64,000 nt of DNA, taken from contig CAWHJB010000011.1 of NCBI GenBank assembly GCA_963829555.1, forward strand, positions 68,857-132,856, read 5' to 3'. Below, piece by piece: positions 16,191-24,609 of this stretch (position 1 is its first letter; every line of letters begins with the position of its first letter). This DNA is from an uncultured Chloroflexia bacterium (GTDB taxonomy: Bacteria > Chloroflexota > Anaerolineae > Anaerolineales > UBA4823). The translations under genes and the position numbers were made by a program. Under the pieces are notes generated by a model. The model was not told the DNA's origin and ran no database searches. It saw only the letters and a program-made list of their open reading frames with translations.

Positions 16191-17177
16191 ATGCGAGGAC
16201 CAACCATGCGGCACAGATCGGTTTGGCTTCTGGCTTTTCTGGCGCTGGGCATCGTCCTGACTGGCTGGCCATCTCAGTTTGTCTCCGCCAACTTGACGGA
16301 AGTCAGCCTGGATGAGGCCTCTGAGCAAACCACCCATCGGGTGGCGATCCCGTTACTGCTTGATAATATTCGAGTTAAGTTGCACGAGGCTGCTGTCGAT
16401 ACGAACCTGGAACCCCAGGAGGATTTACCGCCTGCTGAGCCCCTCGAAGCGCCGCTCGTCTGGAATCCGCCGGGTGAAGCGGACGTACCGATCTTGATGT
16501 ACCATCATGTGGCTGACTTCGACCCGCCTTTTCGATATGCAGTATCCTTGCAGGCTTTTGAAGCGCAAATGCAAAGTCTCCAGAACTGGGGATACACAGC
16601 TATTCCGATTGCCCGACTGATTGAAGCGCTGACGGTGGGCGCTAATTTACCTGAACGCCCGGTGGTGATCACTTTTGATGATGGATATATGGATGTCTAC
16701 GAAAACGCTTTCCCGATTATGGAAGCTTACGGGTATCAGGGGGTGGCTTACATCATCGCGGGGCAAGTCGAAATCGGTGGCTTTATGCATGCTGACCAGC
16801 TCAAAGAAATGCAATCTGCCGGATGGGAAATTGGCAGTCATACCTATCATCATCTCGACCTGAGCCAACCGGACACCAATTTGCAAATCGAGATCATGGA
16901 CGCCAGGAACGACCTCGAAGCCCTGATCGATGGCCCGGTGGATACGTTCTCCTTCCCTTATGGCCTGACAACTCCATATGCAACCATGCTCGTTGAGCAG
17001 GCGGGTTTTCAGAGTGCCGTTGGTCTGGGTGGTTTCAGCCATCACGTTATGGCAACCCGTCTCTACCTCAGCCGGATTGAAGTTCAAGGTGATTTTGATT
17101 TGAATGCATTCGCCGAAACGCTTCCTTGGGTTGGACCGATCGGCTCAGACGATCCATTTAATGGATCGGATCAGTGA
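16191..17177 (+). CDS. polysaccharide deacetylase (NodB homology) family protein, secreted
   Basis: Signal or anchor sequence at the N-terminus. Motifs: PILMYHHV, VVITFDDGY and SHTYHHLDL. Confidence 0.85.
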   Translation: MRGPTMRHRSVWLLAFLALGIVLTGWPSQFVSANLTEVSLDEASEQTTHRVAIPLLLDNIRVKLHEAAVDTNLEPQEDLPPAEPLEAPLVWNPPGEADVPILMYHHVADFDPPFRYAVSLQAFEAQMQSLQNWGYTAIPIARLIEALTVGANLPERPVVITFDDGYMDVYENAFPIMEAYGYQGVAYIIAGQVEIGGFMHADQLKEMQSAGWEIGSHTYHHLDLSQPDTNLQIEIMDARNDLEALIDGPVDTFSFPYGLTTPYATMLVEQAGFQSAVGLGGFSHHVMATRLYLSRIEVQGDFDLNAFAETLPWVGPIGSDDPFNGSDQ

Positions 17178-17224
17178 TAGGCCTGCTGCCAGGCAAATCT
17201 ATAGAAAGGTACTTCCACACATTT

Positions 17225-19212
17225 ATGTCTGATTCCGTCTATTTACACGACATTCCACTCGCTCAGGCGAAAGATCGCCTGGATAACGCCCTGCGTGCGG
17301 CAGGGCTGATGGGAATTCTGGGTGCGGAGCTGATCCCGCTCTCTGAATTGGCTATTGGACGCGTCCTGTCGGAACCGGTATGGGCAAAAATATCGTCGCC
17401 CCATTATCACGCTTCGGCGATGGACGGTTTTGCCGTGCGAGCGGAAGACACTGAAGAGGCGCTGCAGACCAATCCCGTCATGCTGGTTTGCGGACCGGTG
17501 GAAACGCAGCCGCAAGCCGCATACCTGGATACAGGCGACCCGCTGCCGGCCTGGGCGAATGCGGTTATCCCGATCGAGAATGTTGAGCCGCTGGTAGCGG
17601 GTGAGCCGGCGCCAAAAGCCCGCCAGCCGGAACTTATCCGGATCAGGGCTGCAGTCCCCCCTGGAGTCACGTCCGGCCGATGGGCGAAGACATGGTCGCA
17701 ACCCAGCTGGTGCTCCCATCTGGGCATAGCTTGCGACCGGTGGATTTAGGCGCGATTGCCGGTTGTGGGCATACTTCGATTAAAGTTGCCCGTAAACCAC
17801 GGGTGGCCGTCTTGCCGACTGGCAGTGAGTTGGTTCCGGTAGGTGTGGATGTAAAGCCGGGCGATATTATCGAATACAACTCCCTGGTGCTGGCAGCCCA
17901 GATCGTTGAATGGGGTGGGGAGGCTGAACGTTACCCGATTACGGTGGATGATTTCGACTTGATTCGGGATCGGGTTGCCGATGCCGCCCGCGGACATGAT
18001 TTGATCTTACTCAATGCCGGGTCGTCGGCCGGATCTGAGGATTTCTCCGCCGGCGTGGTGCAATCCCTGGGGCAATTGCTGGTGCATGGCGTCGCGGTTC
18101 GCCCGGGACACCCGGTCATTTTGGGGGTCATCAGCCCCCCGGACCAGCCTGATAAAAAAGTGCCCATCATCGGTGTTCCAGGTTATCCGGTATCGGCTGC
18201 CCTGACGGGCGAAATTTTTGTGGCGCCGTTGATTGCCCGCTGGCTTGGCCGTCCTGCCCGCCAACCGCAAGAGGTCACGGCCACGCTGACCCGAAAAATC
18301 ACTTCGCCGGCAGGCGATGAAGATTACCTGCGGGTGGCGGTCGGGCGGGTGGGCGAGAAGCTCCTGGCTGCGCCGCTGGCGCGCGGATCGGGGGTGATCA
18401 CCTCGCTCGTGCGCGCCGATGGCATTGCCGTCCTGCCGAGCGGCACGCAAGGTTTGCCAGCCGGCGCTCAGATCAACGTGCAGTTATACCGGCCCCTGGC
18501 CGATCTGGAAAAAACTATTTTTGCGATCGGTTCCCACGACATCACTTTAGATGTTATCGCCCAGTACCTGGCCGAAAAGAACCGACGCCTGGCCTCAGCC
18601 AACGCCGGCAGCCTGGGAGGCCTGATTGCCTTACGGCGGGGTGAAGCCCACCTGGCTGGTTCTCACTTATTAGATCCTGAGACCGGCGAATATAATCTTT
18701 CGTATATCCGCCAGTATTTGCCGAATGTTCCGGTGCGGGTGGTCAAGCTGGTCGATCGCCAGCAGGGTCTGATCGTTCGCAAAGGCAATCCCGATCAGAT
18801 CCTCTCGTTGCAGGATCTGGCCCGACCGGGAATTTCCTACGTGAACCGCCAGCGTGGCGCGGGCACCAGGGTGCTGCTCGATTACCACCTCGCAAGATTG
18901 TCGATTAAGCCGGAAAACGTCCTGGGCTACAATCAAGAGGAATACACTCATCTGGCGGTTGCGGCCGCGATCGCTTCGGGCCGGGCAAATTGTGGGCTGG
19001 GGATTGCTGCAGCCGCTCAGGCGCTGGATTTGGATTTTGTGCCCTTATACCAGGAACGTTATGACCTGGTGATCCCTTTAGCCTATTGTGATAGCGCGCT
19101 GCTGGCGCCGCTGTTCGATTTGCTGGCCGACCCGGCTTTTCAACAAGCGGTTGCCGCCATGCCGGGCTATGGCGTCTCCGGTATGGGTACGGTCATTGCC
19201 GAGATAAGCTGA
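17225..19212 (+). pseudogene. MoeA fused to a C-terminal periplasmic-binding-protein-like domain, frame interrupted in a C6 run
   Basis: ORFs 17174..17749 and 17680..19212 are the two halves of one MoeA (HYHASAMDGFAV ... MGEDMVATQLVL ... LPTGSELV ... LNAGSSAGSEDF ... VPGYPVSA), followed by a ~240-aa PBP-like domain. The frames switch at the CCCCCC run at 17656-17661. Confidence 0.85.
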
Positions 19213-19484
19213 CCACATTATCTCTTGCTTGTTACAGTCCTGGGAATTCTGCTGGAAGGTTCTTTGGGAAACTTTGTGGGATCCGTCACAGTAATTCACA
19301 ATGGGCGTGCCGGAATGCGTTGGATTTGGGGCAATTGGTGTTATGATTAAGCCTGCCAGAATTGGCATACTGGAAACATTGTTAAGCCAGTATCATATAC
19401 TGTCAAACCCAAATTTGTGATCGCGAATAGCTTCAACCTGGGCAAGAATCCATTTTTGGGTTAACCGCAAAATGGAGGTAAATT

Positions 19485-19949
19485 ATGCCGATTTCCGCTG
19501 GGGTTACAGCCCCTGATTTTACCCTGCAAGATGAAACCGGGACTGAGCGAACCCTGTCCGATTATCGCGGCGCTCCGGTTGTTCTGTACTTTTATCCAAA
19601 GGATGATACCCCTGGATGCACGACCGAAGCCTGCAACTTCAGGGATGATTACAGCGCTTATGAGCAAGCCGGGGTCCGGATATTAGGCGTCAGCCCGGAT
19701 TCGCCCAAGTCCCATGCCAAGTTTAAAGCGAAATACGATCTGCCGTTCACGCTCCTGGCAGATGATGGGCACGAGGTTTGCAATGCCTACGGTGTCTGGG
19801 GCGTGAAAAAACGCTATGGCCGTGAGTATGAGGGCGTTTACCGCACCACTTTTCTGATTGATAAGGGTGGTCAAATCGCTAAAGTTTTTGAAAATGTCAA
19901 ACCAGCGGCCCACAGCGCCGAAATCCTGGAGGCCTTGCAGGCGGTTTGA
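19485..19949 (+). CDS. bcp: thioredoxin-dependent peroxiredoxin Bcp
   Basis: 154 aa with YFYPKDDTPGCTTEACNFRD (peroxidatic Cys in the PxxxTxxC context). Confidence 0.93.
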   Translation: MPISAGVTAPDFTLQDETGTERTLSDYRGAPVVLYFYPKDDTPGCTTEACNFRDDYSAYEQAGVRILGVSPDSPKSHAKFKAKYDLPFTLLADDGHEVCNAYGVWGVKKRYGREYEGVYRTTFLIDKGGQIAKVFENVKPAAHSAEILEALQAV

Positions 19950-20005
19950 TCAAGAAAGACCCGGACGTGTTCAGCGTCTTGGGGACACGGTATCCGAAGA
20001 ATGCT

Positions 20006-20052
20006 AAAAAAGTGCCGGCGTGGGTAGTGAATATCCACGCCGGCACTTTTTT
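20006..20052. terminator. bidirectional intrinsic terminator-like hairpin downstream of bcp
   Basis: AAAAAAGTGCCGGCGTGG-(11 nt)-CCACGCCGGCACTTTTTT. A 13-bp GC-rich stem flanked by an A-run and a T-run. Confidence 0.8.
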
Positions 20053-20105
20053 CGTGCGTTTATCGCTGGTCAATGAGCAGTTTGAAAATTGGATACAATT
20101 GGGCT

Positions 20106-20168
20106 CTTTGGTATTTTCTGTGGTGGTACCCCAAATCTGGAATAAATCACAGAATTCCCAATGAGCGC
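20106..20168. repeat. family-B flanks without the GC-rich core (core-less site)
   Basis: CTTTGGTATTTTCTGTGGTGGTAC-CCCAAATCTGG-AATAA-ATCACAGAATTCCCAATGAGCGC. The left and right flanks match those of family B copies 3 and 4, but only 11 nt of the core are present. Confidence 0.7.
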
Positions 20169-20344
20169 TACATTTGAGGGCTACTGAACCGGTCGGGGTA
20201 TAATACCAAAAGTCACAAATGGGCTGCCCAAGGACGCTTCAATTGTGCTGATAACAGCTTGCGACTTGGGACTCTATTATCTCTGTTCAGACAGAGTTGC
20301 TTGCCGGTCCTTCTTAGTTTGACCCTTAAGGCTACGGAGAAGAA

Positions 20345-20803
20345 ATGCACAAATATTTTCCACTTCTGTTTGCTTTACTATTGATCAGCAGTGCAGGGCT
20401 TGCGAGCTGCGCTGGAAGCGATGTGGATGCTATCGAATCTGGCAGCGTGAATAGCCCCACAGCAGTTCAGGCCACGCCGCCAGCCGAGTATGCCAGCCAG
20501 ACGAACCCATTTGGCGGCCAGGCTGCCGCCGCTGAAGATGGGAAAGCTATATACAAGGCGAATTGCGCTGCTTGCCATGGAGAATCGGCCCAGGGTGATG
20601 GCCCCGCGGCCATCTCGCTGGACCCAAAGCCTCAGGATCTGGCCAATACTGTGGCCAATCTGTCGGATGGATATCTGTTTTGGCGGATTTCAGAGGGTGG
20701 GGCAATGGCGCCTTTCCATTCCACCATGCCGGCCTGGAAGACCATCCTGACTCCAGATCAAATCTGGCAGGTCATTACCTATTTGCACACGTTAAGCGGA
20801 TAA
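20345..20803 (+). CDS. c-type cytochrome, lipoprotein-anchored
   Basis: Signal peptide with lipobox (GLASC). One CAACHG haem-binding motif and a distal Met region (HSTMPAW). Confidence 0.88.
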   Translation: MHKYFPLLFALLLISSAGLASCAGSDVDAIESGSVNSPTAVQATPPAEYASQTNPFGGQAAAAEDGKAIYKANCAACHGESAQGDGPAAISLDPKPQDLANTVANLSDGYLFWRISEGGAMAPFHSTMPAWKTILTPDQIWQVITYLHTLSG

Positions 20804-20880
20804 CCGAAATCTGCGGTCCTTTCCCAGGAATTCCTAAAGCTATCCACTGTCAGGAGTTATGGGTATTTCTGAAGTGGTAT

Positions 20881-20934
20881 CCCAGATCTAAGGGTGTGAG
20901 CGTGCATCCGCACGCTCACACCCTCAAATTTGGG
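20881..20934. repeat. palindromic element, family B copy 2 (core)
   Basis: CCCAGATCTAAGGGTGTGAGCGTGC-ATCC-GCACGCTCACACCCTCAAATTTGGG. Confidence 0.95.
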
Positions 20935-20962
20935 ACTCTCCCACAGAGTTTCCTAGGGAGCC
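20932..20962. repeat. dispersed ~30-nt unit abutting family B copy 2
   Basis: GGGACTCTCCCACAGAGTTTCCTAGGGAGCC. Confidence 0.8.
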
Positions 20963-21009
20963 CCACAGCCCCATTTTGAGTAGGTAACGTTTTCGGGTAA
21001 AATAGGCCT

Positions 21010-22878
21010 GTGAAGATCAAAAATGTATTCAAGCCATTCAAAGAAAATCCCGGCCATCTCAGATGGCTGGCTCTGGCGGTATTCATTGTTGTACTGTCCT
21101 TCGTTTGGACGAGTTTGCCTTACCTTTTTGGCGAATTCGTCGATCACCGGGTTTTGGGGATCTGGCTGTCGGTTATTTTGGCTGCCCTGGCCGCATTCCT
21201 GACAGACTTGTTCATACGGATGCGGTTGGAGCGAACACGATTGTTGGGGGAAGCCAACCAGGCCCAAAAGCTGGCTGAAGATACCAGCCTGCGCCTGGCA
21301 ACTGTTTTCCAGTTGAGCAAGAAATTTGTGGAAGCGGATGATGAGGATCAGATCATCACCCAGCTGCTCAAGATCAGTATCGATCTGGTTGGCGCCCGGG
21401 GGGCCTCGTTTGTCCCGATCGACGAGCGCGGCCAACCCTTTGCTGCCGTAAGCCAGGGCGAGTTGCCGTTTCCGGCCCTGGATGCCTGGGTGGAATACCT
21501 GGCATCTCCAACCATCCGCCAGCGGTGCACCACCTGTGAGCACCATGGCAGATTAATGACGGTTTGTCCGCTGCTCAAAGGCCCGTATGCCGATGTAATC
21601 GGTCTGTATTGCCTGCCTCTGAAACTTGGGGACCGGGAAATGGGGGTCCTGAATCTGTACATGCCCGATTCGGATGGTTTCGAGGCCGGAGTCCAGGATT
21701 TTTTGCTGGCCATGTTGGATGAAACCGCCCTGGCTTTGGAGAGCGTCCGGCTGAGGCAGCGTGAATTGGCGGCGCTGCGCCAAATGCAATCCGTCCGGCG
21801 TAAGACCGACCTGACCGGGATGCTCACCAGCCTGCTGGTCGATGTACAAAGCAATCTGGAGTCGGATTTCGCCCGCCTGGAATTGAGCGATGCCCATCCG
21901 GATCAATCCACGCTGGTGGTTGGTAATCTCCCGCAGCAGGTCACACCTTTCCTGGACGGGATCGCCCAGGGGGTGCGCGCGACCGGTGAGCCGGTGTTAT
22001 TAGGGGATGTTGCCGGTGATCCAGCTTCAAGCCCGGCCGTGCGGTCTCTGCTGGCAGTGCCACTCATCTCCTCGAAAAATGAGACCTTCGGCGTGCTGCT
22101 GGTTGGCAACCGGCGATCCCAGAGCTTCCAATCCCGGCAGCTCACGCTTTTACAAACCGTATGTGACCAGGCTGCCATGATTATCGAGAACGCCAGCCTG
22201 TTGGCCGAACTCGAATACAAAACCATGATCCAGGAACGCACCCGCCTGGCGCGTGAGATCCACGATGGCCTGGCGCAGACACTCGGCTTTCTTAAATTAC
22301 AGACTTCCCAGATGGGCAACTATCTCAACCGGGGCGAAACGGAACGTTTGCGCCAGGCGCTGCAGATCTGTTATTCAACTCTGAGTGATGCTTACCAGGA
22401 TGCCCGATTGGCGATCGATGGTTTGCGGATTAACTCATCGGAACAAGGTCTGCGTGGCTGGTTGGAACAGACGGTGGTTGAGTTCCAGGAACTTACCGAG
22501 ACGAAAGTCCTGCTGGAAGAAGTCGATATCCATATCGAACTACCGCCGGAAATTCACGCTCAACTGATCCGGATCGTTCAAGAAGCCCTGAACAATGTCC
22601 GAAAACATGCCCAGGCCAGCCGCGTTCTGGTCAGCTTCAAACAGGTTAATGAAGATCTTTGGTTGGAAATTAAGGACGATGGTGTGGGGTTTTCGCCCCT
22701 GGATGTACCCGAACTTTCTCGATATGGGCTGCGCGGCATGCGCGAACGGGCTGAACTCATGGGCGCTGACTTTCAAGTGATCAGCCGTCCGGATGATGGG
22801 ACCTCTGTGCGGGTCCGGCTGCCGTTGATTGCGATAAATCGCTATTCTGGCTTTGGCCAGGAAGAGGTGAATGGATGA
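21010..22878 (+). CDS. GAF-domain sensor histidine kinase (HisKA_3/NarL-type)
   Basis: GTG start. Two TM helices, GAF-like regions, the HisKA_3 box LAREIHDGLAQTL, and HATPase (NNVRKHA...DDGVGF...GLRGMRER). Confidence 0.9.
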   Translation: MKIKNVFKPFKENPGHLRWLALAVFIVVLSFVWTSLPYLFGEFVDHRVLGIWLSVILAALAAFLTDLFIRMRLERTRLLGEANQAQKLAEDTSLRLATVFQLSKKFVEADDEDQIITQLLKISIDLVGARGASFVPIDERGQPFAAVSQGELPFPALDAWVEYLASPTIRQRCTTCEHHGRLMTVCPLLKGPYADVIGLYCLPLKLGDREMGVLNLYMPDSDGFEAGVQDFLLAMLDETALALESVRLRQRELAALRQMQSVRRKTDLTGMLTSLLVDVQSNLESDFARLELSDAHPDQSTLVVGNLPQQVTPFLDGIAQGVRATGEPVLLGDVAGDPASSPAVRSLLAVPLISSKNETFGVLLVGNRRSQSFQSRQLTLLQTVCDQAAMIIENASLLAELEYKTMIQERTRLAREIHDGLAQTLGFLKLQTSQMGNYLNRGETERLRQALQICYSTLSDAYQDARLAIDGLRINSSEQGLRGWLEQTVVEFQELTETKVLLEEVDIHIELPPEIHAQLIRIVQEALNNVRKHAQASRVLVSFKQVNEDLWLEIKDDGVGFSPLDVPELSRYGLRGMRERAELMGADFQVISRPDDGTSVRVRLPLIAINRYSGFGQEEVNG

Positions 22879-23531
22879 GTAGATTGCGCCTGGTTGTAGT
22901 GGATGATCATTCTTTATTCCGGGCAGGTTTAATTAATTTGCTGGAAGAGATGCAGGATTTTGTGGTTGTGGGGGAGGCAGGTGAAGGCGCCGAAGCCCTG
23001 GAAATCATCCTCGAAAAACAACCCGACGTGGTGCTGCTGGATGTGAATATGCCCGGGGTGGGGGGCGTAGAAACGGTGACTGCGTTACGCAAAAATCCTG
23101 CTACCCGATCGATCCATATCCTGATGTTGACGATCTCTAAAAGTGAGCAGGACCTGTTTGGCGCGATCGATGCCGGCGCTGATGGCTATTTGCTGAAAAA
23201 TGCTGAGCCCACGGAACTGCGTAAAGCGATCCATCAGGTTCACCAGGGAAACGCTGTGCTGGCGCCTCAGGTGACCCGCCAGGTGCTTCAGGCGGTGAAT
23301 ACCGGACCGGACAGGCGCCTGGATTACGGATTGAGCGATCGCGAAATGGACGTTTTAGAGACCCTGGCGCATGGTATGACCACGACTCAGATCGCCGACG
23401 AACTGGTCATTTCAGAAAATACCGTCAAGACGCACGTGCGCCATATCCTGGAAAAATTGCAGGCTTCCAATCGGGCCGAGGCCGTCAGTAAGGCCATCCA
23501 AATGGGCCTGATTGGCAAAAAAAATGGGTGA
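22875..23531 (+). CDS. LuxR/NarL-family response regulator
   Basis: ATGA overlap with the kinase gene. REC domain (VVVDDH...LLDVNMPG) plus a C-terminal LuxR HTH (REMDVLETLAHGMTTTQIADELVISENTVKTHV). Confidence 0.93.
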   Translation: MSRLRLVVVDDHSLFRAGLINLLEEMQDFVVVGEAGEGAEALEIILEKQPDVVLLDVNMPGVGGVETVTALRKNPATRSIHILMLTISKSEQDLFGAIDAGADGYLLKNAEPTELRKAIHQVHQGNAVLAPQVTRQVLQAVNTGPDRRLDYGLSDREMDVLETLAHGMTTTQIADELVISENTVKTHVRHILEKLQASNRAEAVSKAIQMGLIGKKNG

Positions 23532-23539
23532 TGCGGCAG

Positions 23540-24304
23540 TCAGGTCCCGATCACCATACCCCCATCTACCCGTAATGTAATCCCGTGAATAAATGAAGCT
23601 TCGTCCGACGCCAGGAACAGGTACGCGCTGGCGATTTCGTGCGGTTGACCGAGACGGGCTAACGGCGTGCGGGCCAACATGCCGTCCAAAATTTTCTTTG
23701 GCATTGAATGGACCAATTCCGTGGCCGTGAAACCGGGGGCAACGGCATTGACGCGAATATTGTAACGGCCCAGCTCACGCGCCCATACGCGGGTCATCCC
23801 GATGATGCCGGCTTTGCTGGCGGCATAATTGGTCTGGCCGAAATTGCCGTCCAGCCCGATGATCGAACTGGCATTCAGGATTACACCGCTCCGCTGCCGG
23901 ATCATGATTGGAGCGACTGCCTGGGTCACATTGAAGGTCCCTTTGAGGTTGACGGAGATGACCATGTCAAAGTCCATTTCGGACATTTGCCTGACCAGCT
24001 CGCCGTTCTGCATTTTGACCAGGGTATCATCCCGGATGATGCCGGCATTGTTCACCACGATATCGATGCGATCAAAACGAGCGATCACTTCGTCGATCAT
24101 CACCTGGACAGCCTGACGGTCGGCGATGTTGACTGGGAAAAACACCGCCGGAGGGCCGAGTGCAGCCACGATTTCCGGGCCGGCCTCGTCATTAATGTCC
24201 GCAACGATAACGATTGCGCCCTCCTGGGCAAATCTTTCAGCAGTCGCTTTGCCGATACCTGCGGCGCCTCCAGTGATGATAGCTACCCGGTCTTTCAATC
24301 GCAT
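23540..24304 (-). CDS. short-chain dehydrogenase/reductase (3-oxoacyl-ACP reductase-like)
   Basis: Motifs TGGAAGIGKA, NNAG and Y-AASK. 254 aa. Confidence 0.88.
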   Translation of the reverse strand: MRLKDRVAIITGGAAGIGKATAERFAQEGAIVIVADINDEAGPEIVAALGPPAVFFPVNIADRQAVQVMIDEVIARFDRIDIVVNNAGIIRDDTLVKMQNGELVRQMSEMDFDMVISVNLKGTFNVTQAVAPIMIRQRSGVILNASSIIGLDGNFGQTNYAASKAGIIGMTRVWARELGRYNIRVNAVAPGFTATELVHSMPKKILDGMLARTPLARLGQPHEIASAYLFLASDEASFIHGITLRVDGGMVIGT

Positions 24305-24369
24305 TGCCTACCTCGCAATCTCTCCTGTCATCAGGATTGGGAAAGGATCCTTCAATGCCTGAGAACCGG

Positions 24370-24423
24370 GGGCGAAATAGGTGTGCGTGGGGGTGTACAC
24401 CCCCACGCACACCTATTTCGCCC
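24370..24423. repeat. palindromic element, family D copy 1
   Basis: GGGCGAAATAGGTGTGCGTGGGGG-TGTACA-CCCCCACGCACACCTATTTCGCCC. Confidence 0.95.
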
Positions 24424-24524
24424 ATCTCCCGTAATCATGCCTGAGTAGATCCGCTAAATTTAGTATAAACCATATTCCTGGAGGGCGCGGGATGAACTTT
24501 TGCCGCAACTCACCACGGGTTATG

Positions 24525-24576
24525 GCAAAATCAGGGGGCAGCGTGGGCATTTGCCCACGCTGCCCCCTGATTTTGC
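24525..24576. repeat. palindromic element, family A variant (copy 5)
   Basis: GCAAAATCAGGGGGCAGCGTGGGCA-T-TGCCCACGCTGCCCCCTGATTTTGC. It shares the GCGTGGGCA/TGCCCACGC core and the AAAAT/ATTTT ends with family A. Confidence 0.9.
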
Positions 24577-24609
24577 TAGATCCTCCCGAACCAATGAGCT
24601 GTACCTGAA

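Noticed and set aside
17650-17670. Programmed ribosomal frameshifting as an explanation for the split genes (moeA C6 run, lysA, kinase).
   Set aside because: There is no slippery heptamer plus downstream structure of the known types, the affected genes are unrelated, and homologs are single-frame. Homopolymer indel error or simple mutation is the more economical explanation.
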